Notes under the pieces: generated by a model
What the model saw: the letters and a program-made list of their open reading frames with translations, nothing else
What the model was told of the DNA's origin: nothing
The model's database searches: none
Shown: positions 44,315 through 54,422 of the stretch, piece after piece
Layout: every line of letters begins with the position of its first letter
How positions within the stretch are numbered: the first letter of the stretch is position 1
Origin: Mayamaea pseudoterrestris
Taxonomy: Eukaryota
Reading direction: 5' to 3'
Length of the DNA stretch: 64,000 bases
Assembly: GCA_027923505.1 (NCBI GenBank)
Contig: BROI01000003.1
Coordinates: 372,001 to 436,000 of the forward strand
Made by a program: the position numbers and the translations under genes

Positions 44315-45574
44315 ATGGATGGCGAACAAGTTGCAGCAGATATGTTGGTCCCGCGACTCTTGGATCGACCCGAATTCCAGGCGATGATGCGACGTCGGCG
44401 AAATGGACGCCGTCGTCCGTTTCCACCTGTTCCGCCAGAATATTGGGAGTATTACTATGAACCAACTGTTCATCGAGAGTTTCCAGGAATCCTTCCTATT
44501 ATATATCAAGTCATCAAAATTGCGTCCCAGGCATTGGTCCTCTTGCTCATTTCATCCGCAACCTACTTGTTATTCTACCATTTTATCATGCCGACACATT
44601 TCGACGAGACGCTATACTTTGACTACACCCGAGCCTACAATTCAGCAATACACATGCAACCACCAAAGAGAATACGCAAAGAACAAACATGCAATTCGCC
44701 TTGGGCAGCCGTCGACCTCTTTGCCAAAAAGACTAGCTGGGAGGCTCAGTACGAACACGTTGATCCGTTGCCTCGCATTGCTTCCGGCCGTCGCCGACTC
44801 GTCTCAAACCAAGCGTACTTTGTCGAAACTAGGCTTCAGCTTCCACAATCACCAGTCAATGACAAAGTCGGCATGTTTGGAGTCGTGGTGGAACTGCGAG
44901 CGACGAATGGTACTTTGCTGGCCGTTTCGCGGCGGTCGACGCGACTTCCTCACGAGTCTGCGTGGATTAAAACGTTGGCCAATGGCTTTTGCATTGTACC
45001 GCTGCTTCTTGGTGCCGTGGACGAATCAAGGACTGTCACTGTGCCTTCGTATCGACAGTTTGTCGAGAGTCCAGAGCTGCCGCTGCAGCATGTCGTGGTG
45101 CGCATTGAAGTTCAAGCAGCCGCAGCAGCGTCACCAACACTGCTGCCGGAGATTGTTGGTGGCACAGTTCGCGTTGGAAAGGAGCTGAACGTTTTTCAAG
45201 AGCTGCTTAAAGTATGGTTCTATTCATGTTTTGCGATTGGGACGATGCTTATTGCATTCGCCTATCTAATGCAACTGCAAATCTTACATTTCATTTGGAC
45301 GCATGCACGGCAGCGTTATAGGCAGCCATCGGTGACTGATGAGGAGTTTGATTTCGACGTTTCGCTTAACTTTGAGGATGCAGAGCTCTTTCCGGAAGAT
45401 CATTATTCCAGAGACGCCGATAATAATTTTCGAGAAGCTACTGGTACCGCTGAGCAACCTCGCGGTCGTAGCGAAAGTTCATCGTCGTGGGAGGACCTAA
45501 CCGTTGATGCGCAAGCAAACACTGACGACGCGTCCTTTGCGACTCCACTTCAACCAGATGACAAATATTCATAA
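44315..45574 (+). CDS. Seipin (lipid-droplet biogenesis ER protein)
   Basis: Two TM helices flank a lumenal domain with LYFDY and LQLPQSPVNDKVGMFGV. Confidence 0.82.
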   Translation: MDGEQVAADMLVPRLLDRPEFQAMMRRRRNGRRRPFPPVPPEYWEYYYEPTVHREFPGILPIIYQVIKIASQALVLLLISSATYLLFYHFIMPTHFDETLYFDYTRAYNSAIHMQPPKRIRKEQTCNSPWAAVDLFAKKTSWEAQYEHVDPLPRIASGRRRLVSNQAYFVETRLQLPQSPVNDKVGMFGVVVELRATNGTLLAVSRRSTRLPHESAWIKTLANGFCIVPLLLGAVDESRTVTVPSYRQFVESPELPLQHVVVRIEVQAAAAASPTLLPEIVGGTVRVGKELNVFQELLKVWFYSCFAIGTMLIAFAYLMQLQILHFIWTHARQRYRQPSVTDEEFDFDVSLNFEDAELFPEDHYSRDADNNFREATGTAEQPRGRSESSSSWEDLTVDAQANTDDASFATPLQPDDKYS

Positions 45575-45614
45575 CTTTATTAATCTACTTACATACACAT
45601 CTTGTCATAATTCA

Positions 45615-47000
45615 TTACACGTCAATGGACATTTCCGATCGCTGTCGAGAAAGCTCGGCATATTTCTTCCAGTCCGACGTGAACACAATGGCACCATACA
45701 AGACTGCAAGAGCGAAGTAACCGATTGTCATGCCCCAGTACAAACCAGCCAAGTCGTCGCGCCAGTAGCTTGTGCAAAGAAACACTGCTGGGACTTGAAA
45801 GCCCCAGCTTGCGACAAAGCCCATCCAAAATACTTCCTTTGTTCTACCCATGGAGTAGGGAATCCGTTCAATAGCAACCGACAAATTCATCAAAACAAGC
45901 GTCAAGGTAAACGGCAGCCTTGCACTTTCAAAAAGCTCCAGAAAATCTTCGTCGCTGGAGAAAATGCGCCCGAACCATCGTATTTTCCAGTAAACCAAGC
46001 ACCCAATCACACTGAGGATGGCCGCCGACATGAAAACACCAACTTCACCGGCTTGCTGTGCCGCCGTATGATCCATGCTACCCAGTCGCTGGGTCATTTT
46101 GATAGAAGCTGCACTCGAAAGGGCGCTGACCATGATGAGGACAATCCACATGATGCGATAGGACGTGTTGAACACGGCCACTACATCCTCGCCAAGTTTG
46201 GCGGCAATGATACCCACGACACCAACTCTCCAAAAGTCACTTGCCGTTCCCAGTGCAGCTGGAACATAGAGCTCCATAAAGATTCGTATACGCTGCCATG
46301 TAATCTCTTGGTATTTCCAGCCATCCCAGCAAGCTTCATGGAGTCGTTGAAAATGAATGTAAACGAAGTAGAGAACAAAGAGCTGCACGTATGTGACAAG
46401 AGTTGTCACAATGGGGCAAGCGGGAAAGCCATATCCCTCAAAGCCGGATATTGGAATTCCAAGAACAAAAATGAGGCCCAAAACTAGGTTCAAAAGGAGC
46501 GCAATCGAAGATGCATTGACTTCGGGATGCATAATGCGCTGACTGGAAAAGAATTGCTGCAGCTGTTCCGTCATGTACCACGCAATAAAGACAAAAATCA
46601 CGACATGCGCAAGCACATAGTAGGAGACTTGCAGGTAAATTCCAGCAAGTTTTGGATTACCAGCGCCAATAGCCGCTCCACAAAGTAAGCCAAGTATTCT
46701 ACCTTGCAGTAACACGGCCGAACACATGGTCCAAAGATCGCTCAGCGCTGCCGCAGCCAAGGCTTCCGCCGAAACATGTCCCAGCAACGCCGTATCCGTC
46801 GTTTTCATACCGACCCAAGAAAGCATGGCGAGAAATATGGGAATGCCAAGGACGAAAGTGTCTTGCGCATCCTTCAAAATGGAATCTGGTGTTTCCATAA
46901 CAATGGCAGGAGCAGCAGCGTCGTCCACATTCTTGATGGGTTTGAGGAGTGGCTCGCCTTCGCGTCCTTGCGCTTGCAGCTCGGGATCACGCGTCGACAT
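45615..47000 (-). CDS. MATE-family efflux transporter (apparently lacking TM4)
   Basis: TDTALLGHV, GAAIGAGNP, YVPAALGTASDFW, QRLGSMD and GLYWGM; twofold MATE repeat. Confidence 0.85.
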   Translation of the reverse strand: MSTRDPELQAQGREGEPLLKPIKNVDDAAAPAIVMETPDSILKDAQDTFVLGIPIFLAMLSWVGMKTTDTALLGHVSAEALAAAALSDLWTMCSAVLLQGRILGLLCGAAIGAGNPKLAGIYLQVSYYVLAHVVIFVFIAWYMTEQLQQFFSSQRIMHPEVNASSIALLLNLVLGLIFVLGIPISGFEGYGFPACPIVTTLVTYVQLFVLYFVYIHFQRLHEACWDGWKYQEITWQRIRIFMELYVPAALGTASDFWRVGVVGIIAAKLGEDVVAVFNTSYRIMWIVLIMVSALSSAASIKMTQRLGSMDHTAAQQAGEVGVFMSAAILSVIGCLVYWKIRWFGRIFSSDEDFLELFESARLPFTLTLVLMNLSVAIERIPYSMGRTKEVFWMGFVASWGFQVPAVFLCTSYWRDDLAGLYWGMTIGYFALAVLYGAIVFTSDWKKYAELSRQRSEMSIDV

Positions 47001-47484
47001 CTTTCGACCTAGTGTCTAAGACCCGTAGCAGCTTTATTATGATACGGAAGGAAACAAGTCAGATGCGAGGCAGAAGCTGCATCTAATGGAAGCAAGTGTG
47101 ACCGAATCTTTCGTTTGGCACCTCGCGCGCCTCGTCGTCGTCGTGTTGATGTCGCGTTATAACCGGTACGATGCCGTCTGTCCATTAGCCCTTTTCAACA
47201 CGTGACAGTAAGAGAGAAAACTTGTTCGTGTCGCTCTGGTACACCTTACGTGGAAGGAAACGTGCGTTTCTTCTCCCACTGCAAATTCGACCATGAGATT
47301 CGATGGCCCATCACTTAACTGTCAAAGCAGCCGATAGCAACTCGTTCTCCAACATAAATCATATATAGCAAGCCGTTTATTAGCCCGCCTGTTTCCGAAC
47401 AATCTCAACTCATTACCTTTTCATCACTTGAAAAGCCGACCACTCTTGCTGCTCTGTGCTTGAACCTCAACTTTGAAACGGACG

Positions 47485-47524
47485 TTAATCACAAAGCAAT
47501 TCACTTAATCACAAAGCAATCCAC
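47485..47524 (+). repeat. 20-bp direct tandem duplication upstream of the PI4K start
   Basis: TTAATCACAAAGCAATTCAC followed by TTAATCACAAAGCAATCCAC (one mismatch). Confidence 0.85.
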
Positions 47525-47574
47525 TTGAACAAACAATATACTCTCATATCAGCAGCTGAAGTTACTTGCCCACC

Positions 47575-50409
47575 ATGTTCGACCTTACAACCTTTTTAGT
47601 GCGGTGGTTCTTTCTTTCCAGCCTTGCTCGAAATACGGTCGAGATTCAAACCATGCCGACGAATCAACACTTCTTCTACCAGCAACATGAACCACCAGAC
47701 GATTTTTGTCTTCCAAAGCAGGAACGAGAACTGATATGGCGAGACCAATGTTTAGGAGGCATACTCAACTACCCACCGGGCACGGGCCGATTGCTCATGA
47801 TTGATGCCATGCGAAACGAACTCGTGGAACGACTGTCACACTTGCTGACAGAGTCGGACCAAACGCTATCACAAATACGGCAGGCAGACACGCAACGAAG
47901 CGTGGCTGCGAAAAGTGATGTAATCGAAAAGGATGATCCTTATTCGGATGCGGATTCCGAAATACTTCGACACTTTGGCGAAGGTACTTCAGGCGATGAA
48001 AGGGCGGTCGACGCTCAAGACTCTGAGCGACGGACAGCCAAATTAATTGTATCACGGGGCGGCACTATCGTTGAAAATGATTACAGCGAGTCGTCCGGCT
48101 CCGAGACTGTTTCTGAAACAATGGTTGTTGAAACAGATACAATAACTGCTACAATACCGCCGCCACCGCCGCCGGTGCATTTGCAAACTAAAGTACAACA
48201 AGCTGTATGCTGTTCACGCGATATTCGGGACTATCTACCGCAATTGGTATCCGCAGTGCTAAAATCGCCCTCGTTGACTGTGCCCTACAATTCGCAGTTT
48301 GATCCAATACAACGACTACGAAAACTAATCATCAATCGGTGTAAATTGGATCCCAGTTGGGGCGTTGAGTTATGCTGGTTGCTGGAAGCCGAAGTGGGAC
48401 GGACTTGGAAGAAACTATTTGAACATCGACAACAGACGGGAAAAAGATTAATTATTGTCATGCCTTCTGACAAGGCGGTGGTACTGGCAAAGATTGGAAT
48501 GGAACGGAGAGAGGCATTTGACTTACTGCAAGATGCCGAACAAGCAACTGCTTTTGGATATCTTTATGTGGACCTTAGTGAGGAGATGGGGGAGCAACAT
48601 CGAATTGAAGATTGCGGCTCGCTCATTCCTCGCCTGCCCCAGAGTCTGAGCGTAAGGAGATGTCGTTACTTTGGTGATACGATGTTTTTCATTGATTGGT
48701 TGACGAAAGGTTCGCTAAAGCTGCGAGAATTACCGCAGGACCGGCGCTATATGGCTTTGCACGAAATCCTACATGAAATAAATCGGCGGTTACGAAGACG
48801 AATGGTGTCGAGCGCTGAAACGAGTTTAGACGTTGAGGATAATCTCAGTGCTTACGATGGGCCTCGTGTTGAAGACTTGAAGCCCGACATGTACCAAAAC
48901 TCTGTATATTTTCCACTTATACCTCAAACTGGCACATGGCCTGACGGTACTGAACAGTTTAATGGCGAGTTTAGGAAAAACAAGGGAACTCGGTCTGTAA
49001 AAGCCGTTCGTTGCCTTAACATCGTCGTATCAGAGGCACGGCTATTGGCTTCGCGCGATCGGTGCCCGTTTTTGATACAACTTGAGGTAGCCGATACAAA
49101 TTTGGAAAGCGGTGACGCGCGATTATATGCGTCAGACCCTGTTGGTCTTGGGTCTACCATGGTGGAAGCTTTGGGAATGGCGCCTGCAGCGTCATCGCCT
49201 ACGCAGCAGCAACAGCACAATTACCAGATCCCTTTTGAATTGCTTCATCGAGGAGGATGGCAACACCGAGGAATACCAGTACCAATAGATCATGGAAACA
49301 GTGATGGCATATATGCTGATCAATACGAAGAATATCCTTACGATTTTCGACAGCACGAGTACGAACAACTGCATCAGCAATTGCAATGGCAGCCACCGCC
49401 GCGCCAACACGGTCTCTTCCAGCGCAGCACAGTCTCGATGGGTGCCAATCTTCTTGATAGAGTTTTTGGGCAAGCTTGGGCAGAAAAATGTCGAGAGATT
49501 CGTGAATCTTCGCCTTATGGAAACGTTGCTGGCTGGAGACTTGCGTCATTCATCATCAAGGCTGGTGAGGATATACGACGAGAAGCGCTTGTCATGCAAA
49601 TAATAACAAAGCTTGTATCATGGTTTCAAGAAGAAATACCCGCAGAGCATCGCCCGTACATGCGGCCCTATACGATCATGTGCGTGGGTGGCGATGCCGG
49701 TTTGCTCGAATGTTTATCCGACACGAAGAGTGTCGACGAGGTCAAGAAGAAAGTCGACGGCTACACCAATCTACGAGATTACTTTGAGCGGGCATATGGG
49801 CCGCCAACTCGGGAACAGAGAGGATTTGGGCCGCCAAGCACTCCTCGTGCAGATGATTCTATCACTTTTGAGAAAGCACAAGATAACTTTCTCCGGTCCC
49901 TGGTAGGCTACAGTCTTGTTAGTTACATACTCCAAATCAAAGACCGCCACAACGCCAACATTCTTCTTGATCGAGAAGGACACATAATTCATATCGACTT
50001 CGGCTTCGTGCTTGGTGACACTCCAAAGATGGGCATGGTTCCACTTTTTAGAGAGAAGGCACCTTTTAAGCTGAGCCAAGAGTTTTGGGATGTCCTAGGA
50101 GGATGGCACATGACATCGGGGGGACTGGGCGTTCGATTTTGCAAAATGTTTGAACTTGCCTTTGAATGTGCGTCGGCGCATTCAGACGAGATAGCCACTC
50201 TCGTCGAAGCAACCGTCTTATCCCTCAACTCCAACCCTCAAAATGCAAATGAAGTTGCCAATGGAGTGCGAAAGCGCTTGACCATGCGCGGCCCACCGCG
50301 CTCTCGTGTCCAGGAACAATTTATCATGAGTCTCGTAAGCACAGCCCTGAATTGTTGGTCGACATCAACATACGACTGGGCACAGAAAACTATGAATGGC
50401 TACCTGTAA
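47575..50409 (+). CDS. Phosphatidylinositol 4-kinase (type III beta/PIK1-like)
   Basis: YLPQLVS, SRDRCPFLIQLEV, IRESSPYG...WRLASFIIKAGEDIRRE, QIKDRHNANILLD, HIDFGF and APFKL. Confidence 0.92.
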   Translation: MFDLTTFLVRWFFLSSLARNTVEIQTMPTNQHFFYQQHEPPDDFCLPKQERELIWRDQCLGGILNYPPGTGRLLMIDAMRNELVERLSHLLTESDQTLSQIRQADTQRSVAAKSDVIEKDDPYSDADSEILRHFGEGTSGDERAVDAQDSERRTAKLIVSRGGTIVENDYSESSGSETVSETMVVETDTITATIPPPPPPVHLQTKVQQAVCCSRDIRDYLPQLVSAVLKSPSLTVPYNSQFDPIQRLRKLIINRCKLDPSWGVELCWLLEAEVGRTWKKLFEHRQQTGKRLIIVMPSDKAVVLAKIGMERREAFDLLQDAEQATAFGYLYVDLSEEMGEQHRIEDCGSLIPRLPQSLSVRRCRYFGDTMFFIDWLTKGSLKLRELPQDRRYMALHEILHEINRRLRRRMVSSAETSLDVEDNLSAYDGPRVEDLKPDMYQNSVYFPLIPQTGTWPDGTEQFNGEFRKNKGTRSVKAVRCLNIVVSEARLLASRDRCPFLIQLEVADTNLESGDARLYASDPVGLGSTMVEALGMAPAASSPTQQQQHNYQIPFELLHRGGWQHRGIPVPIDHGNSDGIYADQYEEYPYDFRQHEYEQLHQQLQWQPPPRQHGLFQRSTVSMGANLLDRVFGQAWAEKCREIRESSPYGNVAGWRLASFIIKAGEDIRREALVMQIITKLVSWFQEEIPAEHRPYMRPYTIMCVGGDAGLLECLSDTKSVDEVKKKVDGYTNLRDYFERAYGPPTREQRGFGPPSTPRADDSITFEKAQDNFLRSLVGYSLVSYILQIKDRHNANILLDREGHIIHIDFGFVLGDTPKMGMVPLFREKAPFKLSQEFWDVLGGWHMTSGGLGVRFCKMFELAFECASAHSDEIATLVEATVLSLNSNPQNANEVANGVRKRLTMRGPPRSRVQEQFIMSLVSTALNCWSTSTYDWAQKTMNGYL

Positions 50410-50460
50410 CATTATCATAGAAGAATTATAGAAACCGTGCCATTAACTTTCTTATCACAT

Positions 50461-52320
50461 TTATGACTGTCTCCGCTCATCAATCGCGGCCAAGGCTTCA
50501 GTGACTGTTGACGCTCCGCTTGTACGAATTCGATGAATCTGCGAAAAGATATTCTCTCCAATAAAACGTGCCTTGTGGGCGAGGTGACAAGCAACTTCCA
50601 CAGCTGGTACAAGCATTAGTGTCTCGACTTTCTTCTTCTTGTCTCCGGCTTCGACAACATTTTTCTTCATATCTGGTGCGTCTCTTGCTATGTGCTGAAT
50701 CTGCTGGATGTCCATCTCGAATGTTCGCAGATCGACGCCTTGATGGTGCAGGAAAAATAGCATGCGCTGCACATGCGCGTCACCAGGACGATAATGACCA
50801 GAATGCGGATAGAGACGAGTAAGATAACCTTCATCGTCCGTAACAAATATACCAGCAGCGGCCACTGCCTTTCCACCAAAAAATGAGCTGTGATGAAAGC
50901 GTTGCTTTGACTTTCCTTGCACTGACGTAATTTTTTGGGCACCATACATAACATTGTCGCGCAGCACAAAGATCCATCCGTCTGGCCCAGTTTGCACTGG
51001 ATCGCCATCAACATCAAAGACTCTGCATCTACCTTGATCATCGGACGAGAAACTGAGAGCATAACCTTGCGTCGTTTCATCGTTGCTGATGTATAGCACC
51101 GTATCAGAATCGAGAGCACTGCGCGGACACTCCGAAAGATTCGGCAGAGGCTGACCAGCAGCTTCCCCTTTGCTATCCAGCCACTCAAAGAACATGTTGT
51201 ATGGGCAGCCGAGTGATTCCCAATGTCGGTAATACACTCGCAAATGCTTTCCATAACGGTGGTACTTGTCGCTCACCTCCAGCCAGGCCTTGCGGTGCAA
51301 CTGCGCATAGTTCCCCCGATCCGTCCCCCGCTTGACAATGTTTGGAGGGTTTGCTCGAATCCCCTTGTATACAAAATCTTGCTTAATCCCCTGGTCTGGA
51401 AGCTTGTCCATGAATCCTCGCTTCGTGGCGCTTCCGAACGGCCAAGCCGGTCGAGACTTTCGTCGAACCGCCAGATCTTTTAGTGGCGTTTGGACTTCAA
51501 AGGAAGTGGCTGGTAATGACTCGCCGCTACTTTGACCGCGCGACTGAACACAAACAATATTCTTGTGATTGGATTCGTCGTCAGAGTCATCGTCATGAAC
51601 GTCGTCTTCAATGATGCGTAGCTGGTCTTCCTCGTTGGGATGCATTTCACCGACGGCTTCGGCAAACTGCTTCGCCTCATTGATCCGTCTAGCAAATGAT
51701 TCCGTACGTCTGTGCAAAAGGTTTGATTCAGCTTCCTTGTCATGACTAGTCGCCAAGGTGAATTCACCCGACAAGGCACCCTTTTTGTATGTTTCGTCAC
51801 GCTCCCCATTCTCCAAAGTTGCTGCATCTTCGGAACGAGCAATAGTCTTATTGTTATCACGAGACGTCGGCGACTTGTAGTGCGAACGCTTGCTAATAAC
51901 GCTACCATTATGTTCAAAGCCATCGACGTCATAAATCAGCATTGTTTCAGAAGATTCAAATCGAGTCGAGTCCTGCTGGTCAACATTAAAATCATTGACT
52001 GCGAGCGCCTTATTCTCACGAACAGAAACTTGCAGCTCATAGGGACTGTCTAGACTATTCGACGTCGTGAAATGAATGCTATCGAGCAAATCTGCATCTT
52101 GAGGCCTCATTAGCAGCGAAACGTCGTGAACGGATGGTTCATGCTGATGGTGTCGAGTTGTCGTTCCATTCGAACAGTTTGGTTGTACTTGTTGCTGCTG
52201 CTGAGAATCTTCGTCGTGTTCTTCATCAAGAAGAAAGAATGATTCTTCTCGATGCATCTCGGACAATGGGGGCTCATGATACGAATCTAAAAGGCTCGAC
52301 GGATGGACCCGAGATTCCAT
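50461..52320 (-). CDS. IQM-family (plant calmodulin-binding IQM-like) protein
   Basis: WLEVSDKYHRYGKHL..YY, FFEWLD, WIFV, FHHSSFFGG.AVAAAG and PHSGHYRP. Confidence 0.82.
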   Translation of the reverse strand: MESRVHPSSLLDSYHEPPLSEMHREESFFLLDEEHDEDSQQQQQVQPNCSNGTTTRHHQHEPSVHDVSLLMRPQDADLLDSIHFTTSNSLDSPYELQVSVRENKALAVNDFNVDQQDSTRFESSETMLIYDVDGFEHNGSVISKRSHYKSPTSRDNNKTIARSEDAATLENGERDETYKKGALSGEFTLATSHDKEAESNLLHRRTESFARRINEAKQFAEAVGEMHPNEEDQLRIIEDDVHDDDSDDESNHKNIVCVQSRGQSSGESLPATSFEVQTPLKDLAVRRKSRPAWPFGSATKRGFMDKLPDQGIKQDFVYKGIRANPPNIVKRGTDRGNYAQLHRKAWLEVSDKYHRYGKHLRVYYRHWESLGCPYNMFFEWLDSKGEAAGQPLPNLSECPRSALDSDTVLYISNDETTQGYALSFSSDDQGRCRVFDVDGDPVQTGPDGWIFVLRDNVMYGAQKITSVQGKSKQRFHHSSFFGGKAVAAAGIFVTDDEGYLTRLYPHSGHYRPGDAHVQRMLFFLHHQGVDLRTFEMDIQQIQHIARDAPDMKKNVVEAGDKKKKVETLMLVPAVEVACHLAHKARFIGENIFSQIHRIRTSGASTVTEALAAIDERRQS

Positions 52321-52495
52321 GGCTGGGCCCGAGGCGGATGCAGCAAGTGAAATGCGCCTCGAGCGAATTTATGGAGGCACCACCAAAAGCGTGAGCTCGC
52401 GTCGCGCGGATAATGTCGGTCCGGTACTCACAAGGGTTCGGGTTTTCCGACGCGGATCGCTTTTCGTTCCACTCCTTCATTCATTTTGAGCCCCA

Positions 52496-53476
52496 ATGTT
52501 GCGTCGCTCCTGCCATGGCGCAGCTTGCTTTGTGTACCTCCTTTCAGCTCTTCCGTGCAGCAAGTGCTTGTCCATAGAAACTCGGCAATCGGTACTTTTA
52601 CCATGGATTTTTGACCAACCAGATGTTGGCACCGAGGATGATCAACGAGTGATTGGATTCGCCGAGGAACGACGAGATTCATCGGCCAACACCTTGCAAG
52701 TCAAAATTGAATGGAGCATGGATGGAGAAAACGATGAATCTCTCGTTCATCTTCCGTTTATTGATGACCCGGGAAGTTTGGGCAGTACATTATGGCCCAG
52801 TGGTATTGCTACGGCGATTCTCTGCATGTCGCCCACCATCAAAGAGTTTATGCAATCGCGATCGGTACTTGAACTCGGTTGCGGGCTAGGCTTGACAGGA
52901 TTGGCTGCATCTAAGCATTCTCCAAAGGTCTTACTGACGGATAATGACGAATCTGCGATACAGGCACTGCGAGCGACGGCGGAGGAGCATTACAAGTCGG
53001 CGGCCGACCATGCCATTGACGTTTCACTTTTGGACTGGCGCGACAAACACGTGGTCAAGGAGAAATTTCCTTGCATTGTTGCAACTGACGTCGCTTATTA
53101 CTACTACGTCTTGCGCCCATTGATGGATACCGTCCGAGCTCATTTGCAAGCAACGGATTCGTTCATGCTAACCGTCGGGCAGGGAAATCGAAACTCGCAA
53201 TGGGATTTGCACAACAATTTGCTCCATGGCTGCTACAATCAACTGACGGATCAGCACGAGGATCCATGGCCAGGGTCTACGCAAACGTTGCTGTACAAGC
53301 TGCAAATGAATGATTGGAAACGTGTCGGTGATAGCTCGGTTGCCGAGACGACTGACGGAGCTCTTCCGATTGCAGCGCTGCTGTATCAAACGGAGGGGCA
53401 TCGTTTGTCGCCGCTTACCAAGTGGGATCATGTTGCTTCGGCGGCAGATATTGCGGAAATGTCCAAGACGTTTTAA
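52496..53476 (+). CDS. Class I SAM-dependent protein lysine methyltransferase (METTL21/Methyltransf_16-like), with possible signal peptide
   Basis: GSTLWPSG, VLELGCGLGLTG, LLTD, LDW and IVATDVAY. Confidence 0.85.
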   Translation: MLRRSCHGAACFVYLLSALPCSKCLSIETRQSVLLPWIFDQPDVGTEDDQRVIGFAEERRDSSANTLQVKIEWSMDGENDESLVHLPFIDDPGSLGSTLWPSGIATAILCMSPTIKEFMQSRSVLELGCGLGLTGLAASKHSPKVLLTDNDESAIQALRATAEEHYKSAADHAIDVSLLDWRDKHVVKEKFPCIVATDVAYYYYVLRPLMDTVRAHLQATDSFMLTVGQGNRNSQWDLHNNLLHGCYNQLTDQHEDPWPGSTQTLLYKLQMNDWKRVGDSSVAETTDGALPIAALLYQTEGHRLSPLTKWDHVASAADIAEMSKTF

Positions 53477-54422
53477 CCTTTATCATCGTGTTCAAATTTG
53501 GCACCCATTTCGAGATGAACGTGATTTTTCAAAGCCTCCATTCAGTAAAGGGAACGTCGCAAATCGTTTTTGCAGCTGTCTTCGTCTGGCGGACGATTGC
53601 AACGTAACGATACTACCAGTGGTAGCGTCAATGTGTTTTATCGTCGGGTCAGTCGAACAGGGAGGCAAGTCTATTGCCATTGATAAGTGTAATGCCTGAT
53701 GGCTTGACCTTGGCTGTCGATAGTCATGACATTTACTGCCACCACGTCCGTGCCTTTTTTAAATTTCATTGCACACCTAAAATGTGCGTAAATAAGTTGA
53801 TGATAGCTAACGAATGAGAGATCGAGATTTCGAGCTCCGCTGCGGTCCCATGAAGTTTCAAGAGGGTTAATTACATTGCGCGCCAGCGACACAAACTTTC
53901 GGGTTCTTGACAGTTCGACAGAAGGTGCGAACGATCTACTATTGAGTAAACAGTAGTGGGCTATGCTCTTCTATCAAAGAAACAATGTCAACTCACCTCC
54001 GTCTCGATTTCATGTGCCTCCGATTCGCAACGTTTCCGCACGTAGAATCAGTACCGAAGCCGCCGTAGCCAACCTTCGATGGCCGGAGGCAACACACTCG
54101 GTGGTGCTTGTAGCGGAAGCTGTGGCGAGGAGCGTCGACTCTGTTATCGTCCTTGTTTCATTCATCTTCTTGATGCTTCACCAGTCACTCTTTGTGCATT
54201 GTAGCGACCCTTGCTTTGTTGATCCATTGGTTTGTCTTTGATCCAACGTTTGTACGTAAAAAGGGCTGAAAAAGGCGCGACGATTTGACCCAAAAATTTC
54301 ACGTGAGCTTCGCTTACTAAACTCTGTAAAGGAACGGTTTATGGTCGCTGACAGCTTGCATCGCTCTCCTTTAGCTTTGCTTTGCCTTATTGATCGATCA
54401 AGCCAATTGAATACGTCTCATC

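Noticed and set aside
45504..46487. 327-aa + strand ORF
   Set aside because: It is the antisense shadow of the MATE gene and has no recognisable motifs.
53477..54422. Hidden gene or pseudogene in the gap of about 950 bp
   Set aside because: Only short ORFs without motifs, and I could build no consistent splice model. Probably the Nudix promoter and 5' UTR.
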